Positions 31,114 to 41,492 of a DNA stretch of 64,000 bases are shown in pieces. A program made the position numbers and the translations under genes. The stretch is from NCBI GenBank assembly GCA_963675755.2, contig CAXXMD010000003.1, positions 3,072,001 through 3,136,000 of the forward strand, in the 5' to 3' direction. Source of the DNA: a bacterium (GTDB lineage Bacteria > Zhuqueibacterota > Zhuqueibacteria > Residuimicrobiales > Krinioviventaceae). The notes under the pieces are model-generated. The model saw nothing but the letters and a program-made list of their open reading frames with translations, was not told the DNA's origin and made no database searches. Every line of letters starts with the position of its first letter. The stretch's first letter is position 1.

Positions 31114-32733
31114 ATGAATTTCAAAGAGAACGGGGTATTAATACGTCTTGGGGCCAGTATTTTAGCTATTATATTTTTAAATATTATAATGGTACATCAA
31201 ATAAACGCATCTGAATCCGGTGAACTTTTATCATCTTTTACATTTTATCTAATTCTAATATTACAGATTATTATCGGAGCTATAGCAATTTTTTCTGTAA
31301 CAATACCATTAAAGAAAACTATGAGGATGCTGGATGTTTTATTAAACGGAGACTTGGATGATGATTTTAAAAGCAGCATCCAAGATGAATTTGGAATAAT
31401 TGCTCAATACATTAACGATCTTCAAAGAAAAATTAAGGATAGAATCGTTTGGTATCAGAATATTCTTGATGCATTACCATTTCCTGTTTCTGTAACAGAT
31501 ATGAATATGAAATGGTCTTTTATCAATAAAGCTGTTGAAGAAATGATCAATAAAAAGAGAGACCAGGTTATAGGGCAACCTTGTAATAACTGGAATACAG
31601 CTGCCTGTAATACAGAAAATTGTCCGCTAGATCGACTCAAAGCAGGGCAATCCCAATCTTTTTTAGAGCTTTATGGTTTAAATTTAAAAGCAGAGGCAGC
31701 ATATGTTCATGATGCTTCCGGGGTAAAAATTGGTATGATGGAAGTATTGATTGATGTGACAGAGATTGCTCGGGTATCAGATTATATGCAAAATGAGATT
31801 AATACATTATCAAAAGAACTGGTTCGTATGTCAAAAGGTGATCTGACAATTACTCCTGTGCCTGGTGAAGGTGATGAATATACACATGAAACCCGTGAAA
31901 CAATGTTGATATTGAACAACGCCTTGCTCCAAACTCTTGATAATCTTAACGAAAAACTGCAGCAAGTCAATGCGGCTTCTGATCAGGTTAGTAGTGGTGC
32001 ACAGCAGATGGCACAAGCAAGCCAAACCCTTGCTCAAGGTGCATCTGAACAGGCAAGTAACATTGAAGAAGTTTCAAGCAGCATGCAGGAAATGAATGCA
32101 ATGACACGTCAGAATAGCGCCACTGCAAAAGAAGCACTAAATTTATCCAAAGAGTCAAGGCAAACCGCTGAAAAATCATCTGCAAGTATGAACAAATTGT
32201 CAGATGCGATTCAACGTATCAAGGACTCTTCTGATGAGACATCGAAAATAATAAAGACGATTGATGAAATTGCATTTCAGACGAATCTGCTGGCATTAAA
32301 TGCGGCTGTCGAAGCTGCCCGAGCCGGTGAAGCGGGTAAAGGATTTGCTGTTGTTGCGGAAGAAGTACGTAACCTTGCAATGCGTAGTGCTGATGCAGCT
32401 CGGGAAACTTCGGAGATGATTGAAGCAGCAATCAGAAATTCTGACGATGGAGTAAATCTTAATCAGGAAGTTACCAATTCTTTGCAGGAAATGATTGTTC
32501 AGGTTAATAAAATTGAGGAACTTGTAGAAGATATCTCTGCAGCAAGTGAACAGCAGAGTGAAGGGATTGAACAGGTAACCAATGCTATTGAACAGATGAC
32601 AAGTGTTACGCAGCAGAATTCTGCAAATTCAGAAGAAACCGCAAGTGTTGCTGAAGAGCTTACTAGCCAGGCAACAGTTATGAAAGAGATGGTTGCAGAA
32701 TTTAAACTTTCGAATAAATTATCTCATATTTAA
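31114..32733 (+). CDS. Methyl-accepting chemotaxis protein (paralog 3), C-terminal tail truncated
   Basis: Same architecture; stops shortly after the signalling domain. Confidence 0.95.
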   Translation: MNFKENGVLIRLGASILAIIFLNIIMVHQINASESGELLSSFTFYLILILQIIIGAIAIFSVTIPLKKTMRMLDVLLNGDLDDDFKSSIQDEFGIIAQYINDLQRKIKDRIVWYQNILDALPFPVSVTDMNMKWSFINKAVEEMINKKRDQVIGQPCNNWNTAACNTENCPLDRLKAGQSQSFLELYGLNLKAEAAYVHDASGVKIGMMEVLIDVTEIARVSDYMQNEINTLSKELVRMSKGDLTITPVPGEGDEYTHETRETMLILNNALLQTLDNLNEKLQQVNAASDQVSSGAQQMAQASQTLAQGASEQASNIEEVSSSMQEMNAMTRQNSATAKEALNLSKESRQTAEKSSASMNKLSDAIQRIKDSSDETSKIIKTIDEIAFQTNLLALNAAVEAARAGEAGKGFAVVAEEVRNLAMRSADAARETSEMIEAAIRNSDDGVNLNQEVTNSLQEMIVQVNKIEELVEDISAASEQQSEGIEQVTNAIEQMTSVTQQNSANSEETASVAEELTSQATVMKEMVAEFKLSNKLSHI

Positions 32734-32842
32734 TCTTTTACTTTATCTCAACCTAATGATAACAGGTTTTATGTGCAAAATAATGGTGATAACGGAATAG
32801 CAGATTCCTTTTGATGAGGATGACGCATTTGATGGATTTTAG
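32734..32842 (+). pseudogene. Decayed C-terminal tail of MCP3
   Basis: After the stop, a shifted frame (32801-32842) reads QIPFDEDDAFDGF*, matching the MCP2 end [12 protein letters not shown]. Confidence 0.8.
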
Positions 32843-32900
32843 GGATAACAAGAGGTAAATATTTGGGGCTATTTCAGAAATTGAAATAGCCCCTTTTTTT
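32828..32900 (+). repeat. About 70-bp direct repeat, copy 2 (includes a bidirectional terminator)
   Basis: Near-identical to 30561-30631; hairpin GGGGCTATTTCA-GAAAT-TGAAATAGCCCC plus T run. Confidence 0.9.
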
Positions 32901-35685
32901 ATTTATTTTTTTCTGCTCTGATCTTGTCTTCTTTAATACTGTTTTCCAGCATATCAGCAGGATGATCAAGGATTGGGGAGTCTGCAACGGCTTTCCAATT
33001 GAAATTTTCATCAAAGGGGTCCAGTGCTTTCTGTGGATCAAATATGCGCATGTCTGGCGCAAGTGCGTTATAAGGGTTAAAATCAGGTTCGTTTGTAAAA
33101 AAGTCTGACATGTCTGATGCACCCGCATCGTATTGGTTCAAATAGGGGAGGCCTAAAATATGCCAGAATGTTTTAAATATGCTGCCAAAACTGTAATGTA
33201 CATGGCTGACATAATTCTTTTTAACCCAGGGAGAGATCACCATTAACAGGCTTCGGTGCGCATCAATATGATCAACGCCGCCCTGTGAATCATCTTCGGT
33301 AATGACGATTGCCATATTTTTCCAATAGGGGGTATGAGATAGAAATTCAATCATGCGGCCAACGGCCAGATCGTTATCTACCATATAGCTTTCTCTAAAG
33401 GGGTAGCCATCTTTTGGACGCTCACCTGAACCATGATCATTGGGGACCATGATTGTAATTACAGACGGCATGGTTTTTCCTTCACCCATCCATCTATCAT
33501 TGAATTCTTTGAGGAACATGTCGATACGGAACTGGTCTGGGATACCTGTGTTGTAGGTGGCATATATTTTTGATGATTTGTCATATATTGGTGCCGGAAC
33601 CGGATAGTTTACAACATAACGAACGCCGGTGTATTTGAAAACATTTTCGCCATACGAGGGAGCAAGCTCAAGCCCGAATCCAAAATTAAAGAAATCGATC
33701 TTGTTACGTTCCAGATGGTCCCAAATTGAACCTGCTTCGTTATAGTCTTCAGGATAGATTGCACCGGTAGCGCCTACAAACGCAAGGTTGCCGGGAGCTG
33801 CTGAGCCCTGGCGCATTCTTCTTCCACCGCCATAACTTGCAGATACACTTGTCTCCACCCACTCGTTGGGGTATGTATTGACCAGCCAGCGATGACCATC
33901 TGCCGAGTGGTCAGAATCGCAATAGAAATTATCAGAAATTGCAAATCGTTTAGCCAGTTCAAGGTGATTACGCATTACGGTTGCATTTTCTACAGATCTT
34001 TTTTTATCATCGCTTTTGAAATTAACACCCGCCCCATATCGTGCAAGTGAGGGTTCGCCATTTCCATTTTCTACCTGACCAAAAACTTCGTCATATGTTC
34101 GGTTTTCTTTGGATACAAATACAATATGTTTGATTGGTGACTCTTTTTGTCCGGGAAAGAGGGGAATGGGATTGTCACCGCGGTTTTGAACAGCCTTTTC
34201 TGTGACTTGTTCAAAGTTGAAATTGTTCTCTACAACCTTTTGCGTAAGCGATTTTAATTCGCCATCCGCGGGTATGTCCATTATCGTAACAGTACCTTTC
34301 ATCAATCTGCCAATATTACTACCTTCGGGTCCCGGATCAAATGCAGGTCCGCCATTAGGACCACTTCCAAAACCTTTGGCATTGGCAACAATGAGTTTTT
34401 TCCCGTCTTTGCTCACTCTGATTTTGGATGGAAACCAACCTGCGGGAATGTGCCCCAGCACTTTCATCTTTTCTATATCCAGAACACCAACAGCATTGAT
34501 ACCTGATTCTGCAACATACAGGCGTTTATTGTCCGGTGATAATGCCAGACCAAAAGGAATTACACCCCTGAGCTGGCCCAGACGTTTGTCTACAGATAAA
34601 GAAATGTTTTGCACAACCGTGTCTTGTTGAGTATCGATAACGGAAATACAATCGTTATTACCGTTGCTTACAAATATATATCGTTCTGTTGCCACAACCG
34701 AATTGGGGCTGGCACCGCCAACTGCGGGAAAATCTTCAACCATTTCACCTACGAGTATGCCTGTTTTTACTTTTGCGGTTACTTTGGGTGGGGTCTGTTC
34801 CAGATCCACTTTCCAAACGGAAAAGGATTCAGGAACATTCGGGTCACCCAGGCCAGGTACTTTAACCGAGTCCGTATCAATACCATCTCGTGCTTCTTTC
34901 GTATTGTAAGCAAATGGCGGGTAATGCAGGGCAGTGCCTTGCATATTTTTCGGATCAACGCTGCTGATATATTTGTATTCAAACATACCTACGTTGGCTA
35001 CCCATGCATGTTTGCCATCGGGTGACAGGGTAATTCCAAAAGGATACCGGCCGGTGGGTACATTGTATTTAATTTTTTGGGTTTGTGTATCGATGACCAA
35101 TAAACGAAAGTTGATTTGATCTACCGCATAAAGGGTAGAGCCATCATGGCTCAAAACCATATCGCCAATATAGCCATGAGTAAAGTCAACAGCTTTATCT
35201 TTGTAACTGCATTCAATCTGTCCTTTGGATTCACCGGTTGCTACATCAAACATGAAAATTCGATTTTCCTGACCGCCTGCAACATATACGGTTTTGTTAT
35301 CAGGAGTGATTGCGAGTCCCATAAATACAGCTGCAAGGGTACCGTTGTCATTTTCAACACCGGGAGGTACTTGTTGAATATCCGGTTCGTCACTGGTGAC
35401 ATTTCGCAACAGTGTTATGGAAAAGGGACGCGTACCCGAGTTGGCTGTAACTGCAACACTGCCATCGGGGCTAAGCGTTAATCCATACGGATGCGGGGCA
35501 ACCGTATAGGTTTTACCCAAAGGGGTTACAATTCGACCATTGGGTATAATGGTTTCACCCTGCTTGTTAATTTGGGTGATCTCTTTCCCTGCGGGTGCAG
35601 AGACAGTCCATTTTTTATTATTTTGTGATCCACATGATATTGTGAATAGTACAACTAGAAACAGCAAAAAAACAATTTTTTTCAT
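32899..35685 (-). CDS. YncE-like beta-propeller + phosphoesterase (alkaline phosphatase/phospholipase C superfamily) lipoprotein
   Basis: Lipobox TISC after ATG at 35685 (RBS GGAGG); PYGLTLSPDG repeats; PIKHIVFVSKENRTYDEVFG, DNFYCDSDHSADGHRW, PNDHG, EDDSQGGVDHIDAHRS. Confidence 0.88.
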   Translation of the reverse strand: MKKIVFLLFLVVLFTISCGSQNNKKWTVSAPAGKEITQINKQGETIIPNGRIVTPLGKTYTVAPHPYGLTLSPDGSVAVTANSGTRPFSITLLRNVTSDEPDIQQVPPGVENDNGTLAAVFMGLAITPDNKTVYVAGGQENRIFMFDVATGESKGQIECSYKDKAVDFTHGYIGDMVLSHDGSTLYAVDQINFRLLVIDTQTQKIKYNVPTGRYPFGITLSPDGKHAWVANVGMFEYKYISSVDPKNMQGTALHYPPFAYNTKEARDGIDTDSVKVPGLGDPNVPESFSVWKVDLEQTPPKVTAKVKTGILVGEMVEDFPAVGGASPNSVVATERYIFVSNGNNDCISVIDTQQDTVVQNISLSVDKRLGQLRGVIPFGLALSPDNKRLYVAESGINAVGVLDIEKMKVLGHIPAGWFPSKIRVSKDGKKLIVANAKGFGSGPNGGPAFDPGPEGSNIGRLMKGTVTIMDIPADGELKSLTQKVVENNFNFEQVTEKAVQNRGDNPIPLFPGQKESPIKHIVFVSKENRTYDEVFGQVENGNGEPSLARYGAGVNFKSDDKKRSVENATVMRNHLELAKRFAISDNFYCDSDHSADGHRWLVNTYPNEWVETSVSASYGGGRRMRQGSAAPGNLAFVGATGAIYPEDYNEAGSIWDHLERNKIDFFNFGFGLELAPSYGENVFKYTGVRYVVNYPVPAPIYDKSSKIYATYNTGIPDQFRIDMFLKEFNDRWMGEGKTMPSVITIMVPNDHGSGERPKDGYPFRESYMVDNDLAVGRMIEFLSHTPYWKNMAIVITEDDSQGGVDHIDAHRSLLMVISPWVKKNYVSHVHYSFGSIFKTFWHILGLPYLNQYDAGASDMSDFFTNEPDFNPYNALAPDMRIFDPQKALDPFDENFNWKAVADSPILDHPADMLENSIKEDKIRAEKNK

Positions 35686-35929
35686 AATTCCTCCATTTTT
35701 GCCAATACAGTAACATACTGTAATGTAAAACAATTTCCAATAACATGTTTTGTTTAAATTACAAGTTTTTCTTTTTTTTACTTGATTTTTAATACTTTTT
35801 TCATTTTTATAAGGACAGGGGTTTTGTTGATCCAAACATTAACAAAATCAACCAACCGCAGCACCGGCATTACAATTATAATTAATCATTAATGTTGTAG
35901 GAATGCAGTAGAGTCTATGGAGGGCTTTT

Positions 35930-37198
35930 ATGAGACTTTTAGCAGTATTCTTATTGGGGGTATGGTTATGTTTTACCTGCCCGGTGTTTTCTCAATTATC
36001 AGAATGTCGTATTGATTTCAATACCGCAGGAGATGGTGCAGATGTCTATGGCGGCAATACCTGGAATTTGAAAACGTATGCTGTAAGTACTGGTTTGGCT
36101 TTGACCAATATTGATGGGAGTTCAGCAGTTGGAGCTACTGTTCGTCTTGAAAATTTAGACGATAAATTGCCAAATGGCTGTTGGAGTTTGGGATCGGTGG
36201 ATTGGATCCATTCAGCTTCTGGTGAAGGGGCTGATCAATTGTTTTATACATCTGCAGCAGATATTCAATCTTTTATCCGATTAGAGAATCTGGTAGATGG
36301 ATACTATCGTATTGATCTGGTTGTAAGTTATTCTTATACAGGCACCTATTATAGCAGTGATTATCAGATCGGCAGCAATTATGGTGTTGTACGAGAACCG
36401 GGTGGAGACATTGTTAGTGGTATGACCGGTCAGGGATTTAATCCCAATGCAGGATATAATGATGGCAGGTATATATCGTGGTCGGATATTGTGCCGGATG
36501 ATGGATCAATCTCTGTACAAATATCCGGCAGTAACCATAACATGATTAATGCATTGCGAATTATTTACACGGGAGATTTATCTTTACCTGTAGATCTTTC
36601 CATGATGCGGGCGCAATGGAAAGGAAACAGTCTTTTGATTGAATGGTGCACTGCAAGTGAACAAGATAACCTGGGATTTGAAATACATCGCTCCTGTTCT
36701 GAGGTGGGCGGGTTTGAAAGGATTGCCAGTTATTTGGATCGTTCCGAATTGATGAGTAAAGGCAATTCAACAACGATCAGTCAATATTCCTATACGGATC
36801 TTGATGCCAATTTTGATGACTACTATTGGTACAAAATAGTTGATGTGGATATTGCCGGTAATCGCACAGAGCATGGACCATTCAAAGTTCAAACTGAGGG
36901 AGAGCAAGCAAAGCACCTTGATCAGTTTGAAATCTATCCGTGTTATCCCAATCCTTTTAATCCGGTGACACGAATCGACTTTGAGCTGCCTGGTGATCAA
37001 TATACGCAAATTACAATTTTCAATGTATTAGGAAAACCCGTATGTGAATTGGTCAATAGTCAATTATCGGCCGGTAGACATTCAGTTACATGGGACGCCA
37101 AAGATTCAAATGGAAATGAGATAGCAGGTGGTGTGTATTTTGTACATGTGTCGAGTGGTTCGTTCAGTGAGGTGACAAAAATTATATACTTGAAATAA
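35930..37198 (+). CDS. Secreted protein with C-terminal T9SS type A/FlgD-Ig domain
   Basis: Signal peptide; SLPVDL..WCTASEQDNLGFEIHRS; YPNPFNPVTRI...GGVYFV. Confidence 0.8.
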   Translation: MRLLAVFLLGVWLCFTCPVFSQLSECRIDFNTAGDGADVYGGNTWNLKTYAVSTGLALTNIDGSSAVGATVRLENLDDKLPNGCWSLGSVDWIHSASGEGADQLFYTSAADIQSFIRLENLVDGYYRIDLVVSYSYTGTYYSSDYQIGSNYGVVREPGGDIVSGMTGQGFNPNAGYNDGRYISWSDIVPDDGSISVQISGSNHNMINALRIIYTGDLSLPVDLSMMRAQWKGNSLLIEWCTASEQDNLGFEIHRSCSEVGGFERIASYLDRSELMSKGNSTTISQYSYTDLDANFDDYYWYKIVDVDIAGNRTEHGPFKVQTEGEQAKHLDQFEIYPCYPNPFNPVTRIDFELPGDQYTQITIFNVLGKPVCELVNSQLSAGRHSVTWDAKDSNGNEIAGGVYFVHVSSGSFSEVTKIIYLK

Positions 37199-37263
37199 CA
37201 TCTGTTGCATTTTAATGGATTAGTCATTATTTTCATCCTTGTACCACAATTTGGAGTTAAAGA

Positions 37264-37581
37264 ATGGCCTGGTTTTTTCTTTTTATTGCCGGTGTGATGG
37301 AGATTACCTGGGTGTTGGGGATGAAGTTTTCAGAGGGTTTTAGCAGACTCTGGCCAAGTATAATGACAGTTATTGCAATGACTTTTAGTATGTATTTTTT
37401 ATCTCGTGCTATCAAGGTAATTCCCATTGGGACCGGTTACGCGGTTTGGACCGGAATTGGGGCAGCAGGCACTGCAATTATTGGTATGCTGTATTTTGAC
37501 GAGTCCCGATCTTTTTTGCGGATGATTTGTATTGTGTGCATTGTATTTGGGATTGTAGGGCTCAAAGTGTTTTCAAAATAG
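37264..37581 (+). CDS. sugE: SMR family transporter, SugE/Gdx subtype
   Basis: MAW..LFIAGVMEITW...KFSEGFSRLWPS, IPIGTGYAVWTGIGAAGT, GIVGLK. Confidence 0.88.
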   Translation: MAWFFLFIAGVMEITWVLGMKFSEGFSRLWPSIMTVIAMTFSMYFLSRAIKVIPIGTGYAVWTGIGAAGTAIIGMLYFDESRSFLRMICIVCIVFGIVGLKVFSK

Positions 37582-37590
37582 GCTGAAATA

Positions 37591-38070
37591 ATGGAATTAT
37601 TACAAAATGGTTTTGTATATCTGGTTCCGGTTCTGCTGCCTAACCTGATTTGGCTTTTTTTCTCAAATCATGATGAAATTGGTGAAGTAAAGGAAAGTCA
37701 AAAAACAATTTACAAGAATTTATCGATTCTTGAGAATGTTGGGCGCATTGGGATTTTTATTATACCCTTGTTTGGCAATGTTTTAATTGATCAATATTAC
37801 CCCTATTTTGCAATAATGCTTTTTATTGGATTATTTATTTATTATGCCGGCTGGATACGGTATTTTATTAATGAACGGAAACCAGAATATTTGTATTGTT
37901 CTTTATGGAATCTACCATATCCTCTGGCTGTAGCTCCTGTGTTTTATTTTATGCTATTATCATTATTAATTCTTTCAATACCTATGCTTCTTTTTTCTAT
38001 AGTGTTTGGGATTGCACATGTATTGAAAAGCAGGATAGATTATAATTTATTGCTGGATCAAAAAGAATAA
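37591..38070 (+). CDS. Hypothetical membrane protein
   Basis: Hydrophobic ORF (LLPNL, LENVGR, YYAGWIRYF, PLAVAP) in operon context. Confidence 0.7.
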   Translation: MELLQNGFVYLVPVLLPNLIWLFFSNHDEIGEVKESQKTIYKNLSILENVGRIGIFIIPLFGNVLIDQYYPYFAIMLFIGLFIYYAGWIRYFINERKPEYLYCSLWNLPYPLAVAPVFYFMLLSLLILSIPMLLFSIVFGIAHVLKSRIDYNLLLDQKE

Positions 38071-38089
38071 AAAAAGTCAGGATGTAGTT

Positions 38090-39349
38090 ATGAATTCTCG
38101 TGATCGTATCCAATGTACTCTGTACAATAAAGAACCGGATATTCTGCCTGTTGATTTTGGTGGCGGGCCTGTAACCGGTATTGCTGTTCAGGTTGTGTAT
38201 CAGCTTCGGCAGAGATTGGGTTTGGACAATCCGGGAACTCCGGTTAAAGTAATTGAGCCTTATCAAATGCTGGGTGAAATCAAACCGGATTTGCAGGACG
38301 CATTGGGATTAGATGTGATTTCTGTAAATAACAACGGAACTATGTTTGGATTTGATCTGGTTGATTGGAAGGAATGGACTACTCCTGATGGAACGCCTGT
38401 ATTGGTGCCGGGATTATTTAATACACAAAAAGATGAGAATGGTGCTATACTTCAATATCCCAAAGGAAATACCCAATTACAGCCTTGTGCAAAAATGCCC
38501 AAAAGTAGCTATTTTTTTGATGCAATTGATCGTCAGTTGCCTATTGATGAAGAAACGCTGGACCCTAAAGACAATCTGGAAGATTTTTCTCTTTTAAAAC
38601 AAACGGAAATCGATCATTATAAGACAGAAACAAATCGTTTGTTTACCGAAACAGATAAAGCCATTTACAGCACTTTACCCGGAGTAAGCTTTGGTGATGT
38701 TGCTCTGGTACCGGGATTGTTTCTGGAGAATCCCAAAGGGGTACGTAGTGTTGAAGAGTGGTATATGAGCTCCTTAATTCGTCCCGATTATATCAAGGCT
38801 GTTTATGAACAGCAGACCGAGATTGCTTTGCAGAATTTGAAAACTTTGTATGATACTATCGGTAATAAAATTTCTGTTATTCAGATTAACGGTACGGATT
38901 TCGGAACACAGAATGGTCCTTTTTGCTCCAAAGCGCAATACCGTGACATGTATTTACCCTATCAGAAAAAACTAAACGATTGGATCCACGCAAATACCCA
39001 ATGGAAAACATTTATTCATAGCTGCGGGGGAATTTACCCCTTGTTGGATGAAATTGCAGAAGCAGGATTTGATATCTTGAATCCTGTGCAAAGTACTGCC
39101 AAAGATATGGAATTGGCACGTTTAAAAAAAGAATATGGAGATACCTTTGTATTCTGGGGTGGTGGTGTAGACACGCAGAATATATTTCCTTTTGGTACGC
39201 CAGAACAGGTTAAAGAAGATGTTAAACAACGAATAGAGATTCTGGGTGATGGCGGTGGATTTGTTTTCAGTACCATACATAATATTGTTGCCAATGCCCC
39301 CATTGATAATGTGTTGGCCATGTTTGAGGTGATTAAAACTTTTCGATAA
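38090..39349 (+). CDS. Uroporphyrinogen decarboxylase/MtaA-CmuA methyltransferase-like family protein
   Basis: MNSRDRI..EPD.LPVDFGG, GTDFGTQNG, FIHSCG, GFDILNPVQ, FWGGGVDTQ..PFGTPE, GGFVFSTIHNI. Confidence 0.85.
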   Translation: MNSRDRIQCTLYNKEPDILPVDFGGGPVTGIAVQVVYQLRQRLGLDNPGTPVKVIEPYQMLGEIKPDLQDALGLDVISVNNNGTMFGFDLVDWKEWTTPDGTPVLVPGLFNTQKDENGAILQYPKGNTQLQPCAKMPKSSYFFDAIDRQLPIDEETLDPKDNLEDFSLLKQTEIDHYKTETNRLFTETDKAIYSTLPGVSFGDVALVPGLFLENPKGVRSVEEWYMSSLIRPDYIKAVYEQQTEIALQNLKTLYDTIGNKISVIQINGTDFGTQNGPFCSKAQYRDMYLPYQKKLNDWIHANTQWKTFIHSCGGIYPLLDEIAEAGFDILNPVQSTAKDMELARLKKEYGDTFVFWGGGVDTQNIFPFGTPEQVKEDVKQRIEILGDGGGFVFSTIHNIVANAPIDNVLAMFEVIKTFR

Positions 39350-39404
39350 AAAATCTCTGCATTATTTCGATAAGCAATGCAGAGATTTGAGCAATTACAA
39401 AATC

Positions 39405-40220
39405 TTATCCCAACGCAACATCCAGGGTCATCATGACCGCGAATCCCAGCATGGCTCCAATGGTTGCTATGTCGCTATGCTTGTCGAGTTGCGATTCAGG
39501 AATGAGTTCTTCAACCACAACATAGATCATTGCTCCTGCTGCAAAAGCCAGCGCATAAGGCAGAATGGGGCGCATCTGCAAAACAGCCCAGGCACCCAGC
39601 ACACCCGCTATGGGTTCAACTGTACCGGAAAGCTGACCATACCAGAAACTTTTACGCCTGCTTAATCCTTCTCTACGCAGGGGAACAGATACCGCTGCAC
39701 CTTCAGGAAAGTTTTGAATTCCAATACCAATTGCCAGTGCAACTGCTGCCGCAGTTGTAGCAGAAGGAAGCCCAGCTGCCGCTGCACCAAAAGCAACACC
39801 AACCGCCAGACCTTCCGGGAAATTGTGAATGGTTATTGCCAAAACGAGTAAAATACTCCGCTTCCATGTGGTTTGCGGACCTTCTGCTTCTTCAGTTGGA
39901 AAGCCGGGATGCAGATGTGGAAGTAATCTGTCGATCAACCATAAAAATGCTCCACCACCCAAAAATCCAACCGTTGCAGGGATCCATGCGGGAATTGTCA
40001 TTTGGTTTTCAGCCATTTCTATTGCTGGTGCTAACAAGGACCAATAACTTGCGGCTATCATAACGCCTGCCGCAAAACCCAGCATACCATTTAATATATT
40101 ATGTTTTACAGATTTAAAAAAGAATACCATAGCGGCACCCAGGGCTGTAACAAACCAGGTGAATAATGTGCCGATTAATGCTTGTATAACCGGATCTTGT
40201 TTCGATATGAAATCAATCAT
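39405..40220 (-). CDS. ZIP-family (GufA/ZupT) divalent metal transporter
   Basis: [57 protein letters not shown]. Confidence 0.93.
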   Translation of the reverse strand: MIDFISKQDPVIQALIGTLFTWFVTALGAAMVFFFKSVKHNILNGMLGFAAGVMIAASYWSLLAPAIEMAENQMTIPAWIPATVGFLGGGAFLWLIDRLLPHLHPGFPTEEAEGPQTTWKRSILLVLAITIHNFPEGLAVGVAFGAAAAGLPSATTAAAVALAIGIGIQNFPEGAAVSVPLRREGLSRRKSFWYGQLSGTVEPIAGVLGAWAVLQMRPILPYALAFAAGAMIYVVVEELIPESQLDKHSDIATIGAMLGFAVMMTLDVALG

Positions 40221-40410
40221 TGTAATGTCTCCAAGAATTTTAGAGTATGTAACAGTATAAAAAATGTAAATCTAATATCCAACTTAAAAGTTGGAATTAT
40301 TATTCCATAAAATTCAGTTTATATGATGTAATATAAAAAATTTTTTTTGCATCCAACCCCAACATCCTGCATCTAAATTATAAACACTAGAGAAACAGCA
40401 GGAGAAAAAA

Positions 40411-40989
40411 ATGCTAAAAGCAATTGAAAATGTTGAACAATACCAGCAGGTTGCAGATAAAGAGAATTTTTATATTCTGGCGTTTTATTCAGACGCTTCT
40501 GAAAAAAGTAAACAGGCAATAAATGTACTGGATGATTTAAAGAATGACAATAGCGATACTCCGTTTTACTCAGTTAACGCTTCAACAGTCAAAGATATTC
40601 ATCCCCGGCTGGGTGTGAACAGTGTGCCAACTGTATTGGCTGTCAAAGACGGCAAGATCGTAAAGAATATTCAAGGATTGCAGAACCGCAATCATTATGA
40701 AATGTTGTTATATGATGCACCCGTTAAAAAAGATGGTACTGCAAAACCACGTCATTCTGTAACCGTTTACAGTACACCAACATGTTCCTGGTGTAACCGG
40801 TTAAAACAGCATTTGCGTCAACATAGGGTCATGTTTCGTGATGTTGATGTATCCAGAGACCAGCATGCAGCTCAGGAATTGATGCGACGTACCGGTCAAA
40901 CCGGTGTACCACAAACAGATATTGATGGTCAAATTATAGTAGGATTTGATCAAACACGAATCGATTCATTATTGGGATTAGCGAAATAA
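40411..40989 (+). CDS. Thioredoxin-fold (no CxxC) + glutaredoxin (CSWC) fusion
   Basis: N-terminal LAFYSDASEKS...GVNSVPTVL; C-terminal VTVYSTPTCSWC...TGQTGVPQTDIDGQIIVGFD. Confidence 0.85.
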   Translation: MLKAIENVEQYQQVADKENFYILAFYSDASEKSKQAINVLDDLKNDNSDTPFYSVNASTVKDIHPRLGVNSVPTVLAVKDGKIVKNIQGLQNRNHYEMLLYDAPVKKDGTAKPRHSVTVYSTPTCSWCNRLKQHLRQHRVMFRDVDVSRDQHAAQELMRRTGQTGVPQTDIDGQIIVGFDQTRIDSLLGLAK

Positions 40990-41017
40990 TATAAAATTGA
41001 TATGGAGGAAAAGTAAC

Positions 41018-41302
41018 ATGCAAAATATTCAACCCGTAAACGGCAATGTATTGATAGCATTTGAAGACAGCTCGGAAGAAACTACTTCCGGTGGTATTAT
41101 AATACCTGATACTGCTAAAGAAAAACCCAGCGAAGGCGTAATTGCTGGTATAGCTGCCGATGCATCAGAGCAGATTGCTGTGGGTGATCGTGTTATTTAT
41201 AAAGCATATTCCGGGACTGAAGTCTCTTATGAAGGTAAAGACTATTTGATCGTTCCGGTGGGTGATATCCTTGCCAAATATGTAGAGGTAGATGCTATTT
41301 AA
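41018..41302 (+). CDS. groES: Co-chaperonin GroES
   Basis: IQPVNGNVLI, EETTSGGIIIPDTAKEKP, VGDRVIY..YSGTEV; ATG at 41018 after GGAGG. Confidence 0.92.
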   Translation: MQNIQPVNGNVLIAFEDSSEETTSGGIIIPDTAKEKPSEGVIAGIAADASEQIAVGDRVIYKAYSGTEVSYEGKDYLIVPVGDILAKYVEVDAI

Positions 41303-41331
41303 CTCTAAATACCAAGATTAGAGTTATTGTG

Positions 41332-41371
41332 AATAAAAAACCGGATTGTTTATCTTTCCGGTTTTTTTATT
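41332..41371 (+). terminator. Terminator after groES
   Basis: AATAAAAAACCGGA...TCCGGTTTTTTTATT. Confidence 0.8.
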
Positions 41372-41492
41372 GGGTATTGATTTATGCTGTATGGGCTTTT
41401 AATAATTAATTGTTCAGATAATTCCATTGAATATTATTAAATACTGTTTTATTTTATGTTATATCTGACCATTTAAAAGTGAGGTCCTCCCC

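Noticed and set aside
35686-35835. Cys-containing 50-aa N-terminal extension of the phosphoesterase given by the ORF track
   Set aside because: A GGAGG RBS and lipoprotein signal begin at 35685; the extension is AT-rich promoter DNA. The same applies to the upstream starts at 4714, 23851, 58417, 60725 and 62436.
37199-37263. Guanidine riboswitch upstream of sugE/gdx
   Set aside because: The spacer is only 65 bp and AT-rich, with no paired ACGR hairpins or ykkC-like structure visible.
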